Made by a program: the position numbers and the translations under genes | In this document: piece by piece, positions 58,101 through 64,000 of the stretch | Numbering within the stretch: position 1 is the stretch's first letter | How the letters are laid out: the number at the start of each line of letters is the position of its first letter | Notes under the pieces: generated by a model | Database searches by the model: none | Seen by the model: the letters and a program-made list of their open reading frames with translations, nothing else | Told to the model about the DNA's origin: nothing | Origin: an uncultured Bacteroidota bacterium | GTDB lineage: Bacteria; Bacteroidota; Bacteroidia; Flavobacteriales; Flavobacteriaceae | Direction: 5' to 3' | DNA: 64,000 nt | Assembly (NCBI GenBank): GCA_902520835.1 | Contig: CABYPD010000001.1 | Location: 226,535 to 290,534, forward strand

Positions 58101-58852
58101 TGAAATATCTATTTTTAATATTTTCTGTTCTTACAATATATTCTCAGAATGAAAATTTTGAAAAAAAATCTTTCATTTATAAGACTGATACTCTCAATTA
58201 TAGAATTTTAAAACCCCTTAATTATGATTCAAGTAAAAAATATCCTGTTCATCTATTTTTACATGGCGCAGGTGAAAGAGGGAATGATAACGAATCTCAA
58301 TTGATTCATGGGGCTAATTTATTTTTGAAAGAAAATAATCGAAAAAAATATCCATCCTTTGTAATATTCCCACAATCTCCTAAAAACGATTGGTGGGGAG
58401 GTTATTATGATCCTTATAAATTTGATTACCAAGTCAAAAATTCAAAAGCACTAAAATTAGTGATTAATCTCATGGATGAATTTATTATGAGAAGTGATGT
58501 AAACAAAAATAAAATTTATGTAAGTGGATTATCTATGGGTGGTATGGGGACCTTTTCAATATTAAGTCAAAGGCCTGATATGTTTGCTGCAGCAACTCCA
58601 ATTTGTGGTGATGGAGATCCAAATAGTGTAAAATCATTTGCTAAAAAAGTACCAATTTGGATATTTCACGGTGCACTAGACAGAGTTGTTCATCCGAATA
58701 GATCTCTAATTATGGCTCAGTCCATAATTGAAGAGAATGGAAGTCCAAGAGTTACCATATATGAAAATGTTTACCATGATAGCTGGAATAATGCATTTGA
58801 TGAGAAAGATTTTTTATCATGGATACATTCAAAATCCAAAACCAATGAATAA
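58100..58852 (+). CDS. Secreted alpha/beta-hydrolase carboxylesterase
   Basis: Signal peptide, HGAGERG, nucleophile elbow GLSMGG and HGALD. TAATG overlap with the symporter stop. Confidence 0.75.
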   Translation: MKYLFLIFSVLTIYSQNENFEKKSFIYKTDTLNYRILKPLNYDSSKKYPVHLFLHGAGERGNDNESQLIHGANLFLKENNRKKYPSFVIFPQSPKNDWWGGYYDPYKFDYQVKNSKALKLVINLMDEFIMRSDVNKNKIYVSGLSMGGMGTFSILSQRPDMFAAATPICGDGDPNSVKSFAKKVPIWIFHGALDRVVHPNRSLIMAQSIIEENGSPRVTIYENVYHDSWNNAFDEKDFLSWIHSKSKTNE

Positions 58853-59555
58853 ATTTTTATTATTATCAATTATTTTTTTTAGTTTATCATGTAATAGTGG
58901 GAAAATAAGCAGTGAAGTTTATATTCAAGGTGGTGGCACACTTAATGATTGGGCTAACCTATCTAAATACGCTGAATCTAATAGCGAATTAAAAAAACAA
59001 TTTGATGCTAATAGGGTTGTATTTATGGGAAATTCTATTACTGAAGGTTGGTATAATTTTAATCCTGATTTTTTTGTTGAAAACCCATTTGTTAATAGAG
59101 GAATAGGCGGTCAAACAACACCTCAAATGCTTATTAGATTCAAGCCTGATGTGGTAAACTTAAAACCTAAAGCTGTTGTAATTTTAGCGGGAATTAACGA
59201 TATAGCTGGAAATACTGGTCCTATGGAAATTGACAATATTGCTGAAAATATTTTTTCAATGACAGAAATTGCAAAAGCAAATAATATTGAAGTATACATT
59301 TGTTCAGTTCTACCTGCTAAGGATTTTCCTTGGTCACCAGGATTAAATCCTGCTGAAAAAGTTATCAGTCTGAATACTATTTTAGAAAATTATTGTGAGG
59401 AAAATAATATAAAATACGTTGATTATTATTCAAAAATGGATGATGGCAATGGTGGATTAAAAGTTCCTGAGTTCACTTCTGAAGATGATCTGGTTCATCC
59501 TAATAAACAAGGATATAGTGTAATGGAATCTGTCATATTAAGTGCTCTTGATTAA
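58845..59555 (+). CDS. SGNH/GDSL-family hydrolase (acetylesterase-like), lipoprotein
   Basis: Start at MNKFLLLSIIFFSLSCNSG (lipobox). Block I FMGNSITEGW, block II GIGGQT, block III GINDI, block V DLVHP. The track start 58728 lies inside the upstream gene. Confidence 0.8.
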   Translation: MNKFLLLSIIFFSLSCNSGKISSEVYIQGGGTLNDWANLSKYAESNSELKKQFDANRVVFMGNSITEGWYNFNPDFFVENPFVNRGIGGQTTPQMLIRFKPDVVNLKPKAVVILAGINDIAGNTGPMEIDNIAENIFSMTEIAKANNIEVYICSVLPAKDFPWSPGLNPAEKVISLNTILENYCEENNIKYVDYYSKMDDGNGGLKVPEFTSEDDLVHPNKQGYSVMESVILSALD

Positions 59556-59585
59556 TCTATATAATTTTTTTAAATTGAGATTAAC

Positions 59586-61850
59586 ATGAAAAAAAATATT
59601 TTTTATTTCATTATTCCTCTTTTTTGTATGTTAATGATAAAGTTCATTAATACTTCAACTCAAAGTGAGGAAATAACTATCTCAAATTCAAGTGATGTGC
59701 TTCTGATTAGTAGTATTCCTGAAAATATTGATTTCAATTTTCATGTAAAACCAATAATTTCTGATAAGTGTTTTGCTTGTCATGGCCCTGATGAAAAAAA
59801 AAGAGCGGCAAACTTAAGACTTGATACTGAAGAAGGATTGTATCAACTTACCGAGGACTCAAATTCTTATGTAATTAATAAGAAAAATCCTGAAAAAAGT
59901 GAATTATTAAGAAGAATATTCCATGAGAATAAGTCAATCAGTATGCCTCCACCTGAATCTAATTTAATCTTAACTGATCATGAAAAAAGTATTCTTGAAA
60001 AGTGGATAATGCATGGAGCTGAATGGAAAAAACATTGGTCTTATATTAAACCAATTTTACCATCTGTTCCTGAGGTTAAAAATAAAGATTGGGTCAATAA
60101 TCCAATAGATAATTTTATATTAAAAAATATCGAAAATAACCAATTAGATATTTCTAATAAAGAAGAAAAAGAAATTTTAATTAGAAGAGTTTATTTTGAT
60201 TTAATTGGATTACCACCGTCTGTTGAAGAGATAGATAATTTTCTTAATGATAATTCAGAAAAAGCTTATTCAAATTTAGTCGATAAACTTCTTAACTCAG
60301 AAAATTTTGGGGAAAGGATGGCTTCCATTTGGATGGATATAGCTCGTTACGGCGATAGTCATGGTTACCAGGATGATTTAGAAAGAGTTATGTGGCCGTG
60401 GAGGGATTGGGTAATCCATGCTTACAATACTAATTTATCTTATGATAAGTTTATAACATGGCAAATTGCTGGTGACCTTATCCCTAATGCTTCAAAAGAA
60501 CAAATTATTGCAACTGGATTTAATCGAAATCACAAAATAACTCAGGAAGGTGGTGTAATTCCTGAAGAATATCGTTCTGAATATGTTGCAGACAGAACTA
60601 ATACTACTTCAAAAGTTATGATGGGATTAACTATGGAATGTGCAAGATGTCATAGTCACAAATATGATGATATTTCTCACGAAGAATACTACGGGATGTA
60701 TAGCTACTTTAATAACATTGATGAAGATGGATTGATTAGTTATAGTGATAAAGCACCAAAACCTAATATAACAGTAACAAGAAATGATATTGAAAAGGAT
60801 CTTGGATTTATTAATCTCCCTGACTCGATAAGTGAGGTTACTTTTATGGTTATGAGGGAAACAGAAAATTTAAGAAAAACATACATTCTTGATCGTGGAT
60901 CTTATGATGCCCCAACTAAAGAAGTTGAATCTATGACACCCACAGCAGTGTTACCTATCAACATAATTAATTCTAATAGATTAGATTTAGCTAATTGGTT
61001 TTTTGATGATGAAAATCCTCTGACATCGAGGGTTGTTGTAAATAGATTATGGCAACAATTTTTCGGGGTTGGAATAGTTGCAACACCAGATGATTTTGGA
61101 AGTCAAGGAAATAGACCAACTAATCCTGAATTATTAGATTGGTTGGCAGTTACATTTGTTAAGGATAATTGGGATACCAAAAAATTTATAAAAAGAATTG
61201 TTACCTCATCAACATACATGCAATCAAGTAAGGTTAATATTTCAAATAAAAAATTAGATCCAGAAAATATGTTCTTATCTTATTTTCCAAGACAAAAACT
61301 AACAGCGGAAATGATAAGAGATAATATATTAGCGTCAAGTGGTTTATTAGTTAACAAGATTGGAGGACCAAGTGTAAAACCATATCAACCTAAAGGATTA
61401 TGGGACGAAGTAATTGGCGGAGGTGGTGGAAGTTTAGCTAGATACATCCCAAGTACTGGAGAAAACTTGTATAGAAGAAGTGTTTATACTTTTTGGAAAA
61501 AAACAGTTCCTCCTCCATCAATGATGATTTTTGATGCATCAAGTAGAGATAATTGTGAAGTTAAAAGACAAGACACGAGTACACCTTTACAATCTCTAAC
61601 TTTGATGAATAATCCTGAATTTATTAAAGCAGCTAATTATTTATCTGGTAGAATTTTTAATGAAAAGATTTCTTTGGAAAATAAAATAAAATTACTTTAC
61701 AGAACAGTTACTGGCCGAAGTCCAAGTGATATTGAAATTGAAAAACTTGCTAAATATTACGATGATGAGAATTTGGGTGATGATTTTTTAGCATTTAATA
61801 AATTAACAATGTTGGTGTACAACTTAGATGAAACAAGTCAAAAAAGCTAG
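59586..61850 (+). CDS. PSCyt (cytochrome c-like) + DUF1549 + DUF1553 protein
   Basis: Heme-c motif CFACHG at aa 62-67 with PDEKKRAANLRLD and MPPP. DUF1549-type NPID.FI, RRVYFDLIGLPP and ARYGDSHGY. DUF1553-type CARCHSHKYD and NRLWQ.FFG.GIV.T.DDFG.QG..P..PELLDWLA. Confidence 0.85.
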   Translation: MKKNIFYFIIPLFCMLMIKFINTSTQSEEITISNSSDVLLISSIPENIDFNFHVKPIISDKCFACHGPDEKKRAANLRLDTEEGLYQLTEDSNSYVINKKNPEKSELLRRIFHENKSISMPPPESNLILTDHEKSILEKWIMHGAEWKKHWSYIKPILPSVPEVKNKDWVNNPIDNFILKNIENNQLDISNKEEKEILIRRVYFDLIGLPPSVEEIDNFLNDNSEKAYSNLVDKLLNSENFGERMASIWMDIARYGDSHGYQDDLERVMWPWRDWVIHAYNTNLSYDKFITWQIAGDLIPNASKEQIIATGFNRNHKITQEGGVIPEEYRSEYVADRTNTTSKVMMGLTMECARCHSHKYDDISHEEYYGMYSYFNNIDEDGLISYSDKAPKPNITVTRNDIEKDLGFINLPDSISEVTFMVMRETENLRKTYILDRGSYDAPTKEVESMTPTAVLPINIINSNRLDLANWFFDDENPLTSRVVVNRLWQQFFGVGIVATPDDFGSQGNRPTNPELLDWLAVTFVKDNWDTKKFIKRIVTSSTYMQSSKVNISNKKLDPENMFLSYFPRQKLTAEMIRDNILASSGLLVNKIGGPSVKPYQPKGLWDEVIGGGGGSLARYIPSTGENLYRRSVYTFWKKTVPPPSMMIFDASSRDNCEVKRQDTSTPLQSLTLMNNPEFIKAANYLSGRIFNEKISLENKIKLLYRTVTGRSPSDIEIEKLAKYYDDENLGDDFLAFNKLTMLVYNLDETSQKS

Positions 61851-63341
61851 ATGAAAGAATTACATAATCATTTTATAAATAACAATAGAAGAAACTTTCT
61901 AAAAAAAACTGGATTGTGTATTGGTGGTTTAGCCCTAGGCTCAATGTTAGATCCATTTAGCAATAAAAAAAGTGATCCATTTTCGTTAATTTCTAACAAT
62001 CTAAATCTACCTCACTTTGCCCCTAAAGCTAAGAGAATAATTTATTTGTTTCAGAGTGGAGGACCATCACAGCACGATCTATTCGATTATAAACCAAAAC
62101 TTAACGAAATGAAGGGAATTGATTTGCCTGAATCAGTTAGAATGGGTCAAAGACTAACAGGCATGACATCAGGACAGTCAAATTTTCCTCTTGTAGGTAG
62201 CGCAGCAAATTTTAAACAATATGGTGAAGCTAGAGCATGGGTAAGTGATTTACTTCCATACATAGGAAAGATTTCTGATGAATTGTGCTTTATAAAATCA
62301 ATGCATACTGAAGCGATTAACCATGATCCTGCAGTTACTTTTTTTCAAACAGGATCTCAACAACCTGGTAGGCCAAGTATGGGATCTTGGCTTAGTTATG
62401 GATTAGGTAGCTTAAATAAAAACTTACCTGATTTTGTTGTTTTACTTTCAAGAGGAACTGGTCGTCCAAAAGGGCAACCACTTTATTCAAGACTGTGGGG
62501 TAATGGATTTTTGAGTTCCTTGCATCAAGGTGTTCAATTTAGATCAGCAAAAGACCCTGTATTGTTTTTAAAAAATCCTGAAAGTCTTTCAAAACAAGAA
62601 AGAAGAAAAATGTTGGATTATTTGTCAGAGCTGAACGAAGAACAAGAGAAAAAATTTGGTGATAAAGAAGTTTCAAACAGGATATCTCAATATGAAATGG
62701 CTTACAGGATGCAAACATCAGTTCCAGAAACTATGGATATTTCAGATGAACCTGAGGATATTTTAAAACTATATGGACCTAATGCAAACAAACCAGGAAC
62801 ATACGCGGCTAATTGTATTCTTGCAAGAAAGTTAATTGAAAAAGACGTAAGATTTGTTCAACTTTATCACATGGGTTGGGATCAACATTCAGATTTACCA
62901 ATGCAAATCAAGGGTCAAGCTAATGATGTTGATCAACCAACCGCTGCACTAATAATGGATTTAAAACAAAGAGGTCTTTTGGAAGATACACTTGTAGTTT
63001 GGGGAGGAGAGTTTGGCAGAACCTCGTATGGTCAATTACAAACATCATTAAGTAAAGAAGACTTGAGGGTTATTAAAGCTGGTAAATATGGAAGAGATCA
63101 TCACCCTAGATGTTTTACAATATTTATGGCAGGAGCTGGTGTTAAGCCTGGTTTTTCATACGGCCAGACCGATGAACTTGGTTATAATATTGTTAAAGAT
63201 CCAGTTCATGTTCATGATCTTCAAGCAACAATTTTACATCTATTTGGCATCAACCATGAAAAAATGACTTATAAATATCAAGGGCGAAGATTTAGACTAA
63301 CTGATGTCTTTGGTGAGGTTAAACACGACATCTTACTATAA
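61851..63341 (+). CDS. DUF1501 (sulfatase/alkaline-phosphatase-fold) protein with Tat signal
   Basis: NNRRNFLKKTGLCIGGLALGS twin-arginine signal. QSGGPSQHDLFDYKP, GWDQH, WGGEFGRT and GRDHHP motifs. ATG directly abuts the upstream stop. Confidence 0.85.
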   Translation: MKELHNHFINNNRRNFLKKTGLCIGGLALGSMLDPFSNKKSDPFSLISNNLNLPHFAPKAKRIIYLFQSGGPSQHDLFDYKPKLNEMKGIDLPESVRMGQRLTGMTSGQSNFPLVGSAANFKQYGEARAWVSDLLPYIGKISDELCFIKSMHTEAINHDPAVTFFQTGSQQPGRPSMGSWLSYGLGSLNKNLPDFVVLLSRGTGRPKGQPLYSRLWGNGFLSSLHQGVQFRSAKDPVLFLKNPESLSKQERRKMLDYLSELNEEQEKKFGDKEVSNRISQYEMAYRMQTSVPETMDISDEPEDILKLYGPNANKPGTYAANCILARKLIEKDVRFVQLYHMGWDQHSDLPMQIKGQANDVDQPTAALIMDLKQRGLLEDTLVVWGGEFGRTSYGQLQTSLSKEDLRVIKAGKYGRDHHPRCFTIFMAGAGVKPGFSYGQTDELGYNIVKDPVHVHDLQATILHLFGINHEKMTYKYQGRRFRLTDVFGEVKHDILL

Positions 63342-63343
63342 TA

Positions 63344-64000
63344 ATGAGAAAAGTACTTTTACTTTTTTTTATACTTTCTCTTAACTCTCAAAATAAGGAT
63401 TTTAATAACTATAATCAAAAAATAGCAGGTGGTGATTATGGATTAGAAATGGTTGCTATTCCTGCAGGTACTTTTGACATGGGAAGCCCAAATTTTGAAA
63501 GAAATAGACTAGCTGATGAGGGTCCAGTTCACAAGGTTAAAATAGATTCATTTTGGATTGGAAAGTTTGAAATAACTTGGGATATTTTTGAACTATTCAT
63601 GCTCAGAGAACTGGATTCAAAAAAAGTATTAGAAGCATCAGAAGTTAAAATTGATATAGATGGAATTTCTGGAGCAACAACACCTTATGTTGATATGACT
63701 TTTGGTATGGGTTCAGATGGATATCCTGCAATTTCTATGACTCAACTGTCTGCATCTAAATTTTGTGAATGGTTATCAGCCATGACAGGTAACTATTACA
63801 GATTACCAACAGAGGCTGAATGGGAATATGCATGCAGAGCTGGTTCTAAAACAGCTTATCATTTTGGAGATAGTCCTGAAAATCTAGCTGATTATGCGTG
63901 GTATGAATCAAATAGTGAGGGAAAATACCACAAGGTTGGACAAAAAAAGCCAAATGATTGGGGTCTTCATGATATGCATGGAAATGTAGCTGAATGGACA
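63344..64000 (+). CDS. FGE-sulfatase (SUMF1-like) domain protein, 3'-truncated by window edge
   Basis: Not in the ORF track because no stop lies within the window. Hand translation gives MRKVLLLFFILSLNSQ (signal), MVAIPAGTFDMGSP, GPVHKVKIDSFWIGKFEITW, YRLPTEAEWEYACRAGS and GLHDMHGNVAEW. Starts 2 nt after the DUF1501 stop. Confidence 0.8.
   Translation, partial: MRKVLLLFFILSLNSQNKDFNNYNQKIAGGDYGLEMVAIPAGTFDMGSPNFERNRLADEGPVHKVKIDSFWIGKFEITWDIFELFMLRELDSKKVLEASEVKIDIDGISGATTPYVDMTFGMGSDGYPAISMTQLSASKFCEWLSAMTGNYYRLPTEAEWEYACRAGSKTAYHFGDSPENLADYAWYESNSEGKYHKVGQKKPNDWGLHDMHGNVAEWT

Noticed and set aside
58728-58844. N-terminal 39-aa extension of the SGNH hydrolase ORF
   Set aside because: It lies out of frame inside the 3' end of the esterase gene. 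A clean lipoprotein signal begins at the internal ATG at 58845.
1-64000. Search for CRISPR arrays, integrases/transposases, prophage genes, restriction-modification, toxin-antitoxin or other defence systems, rRNA, riboswitch-sized leaders
   Set aside because: No spaced direct repeats and no recombinase or nuclease/helicase/methylase signatures appear among the ORFs. Apart from the two tRNA-containing gaps, the longest intergenic gaps are only about 110-130 bp and show no conserved-looking structure. The window appears to be ordinary core genome in this respect.

Overview
The window looks like core chromosome of a very AT-rich, gene-dense Bacteroidota genome, probably a marine Flavobacteriia. 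Supporting signs are T9SS C-terminal sorting domains, lipoprotein signals, TAnnTTTG-type -7 boxes, DUF4296, a GYDIA-type GHMP kinase, mevalonate-pathway genes and PSCyt/DUF1501 genes. I call about 59 protein-coding genes (two cut by the window edges), 2 tRNAs (Leu-TAG, Phe-GAA), 4 hairpin terminators and one 844-bp direct repeat. Coding density is extreme: many stop/start overlaps (TAATG, ATGA) and six convergent gene pairs whose 3' ends overlap. I see no transposase, integrase, phage gene, CRISPR array, toxin-antitoxin pair or recognisable defence system, and most genes are housekeeping. I therefore cannot point to a convincing brand-new multi-gene system. The candidates worth a second look are: (1) two tandem giant T9SS-secreted propeller proteins whose last 844 bp differ at a single base, with an abrupt identity boundary. 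(2) A PSCyt/DUF1549/DUF1553 + DUF1501 + FGE-like module of unknown function at the 3' end. (3) A Tat-exported oxidative glycoside-processing locus. (4) A sulfatase-nucleotidyltransferase-symporter-long NagB-CutC string. (5) A symporter operon translationally coupled to two esterases. (6) A 2TM-domain::DHFR fusion. (7) A GC-richer two-lipoprotein cassette next to tRNA-Phe. All family assignments are by-eye motif recognition; no database search was run.
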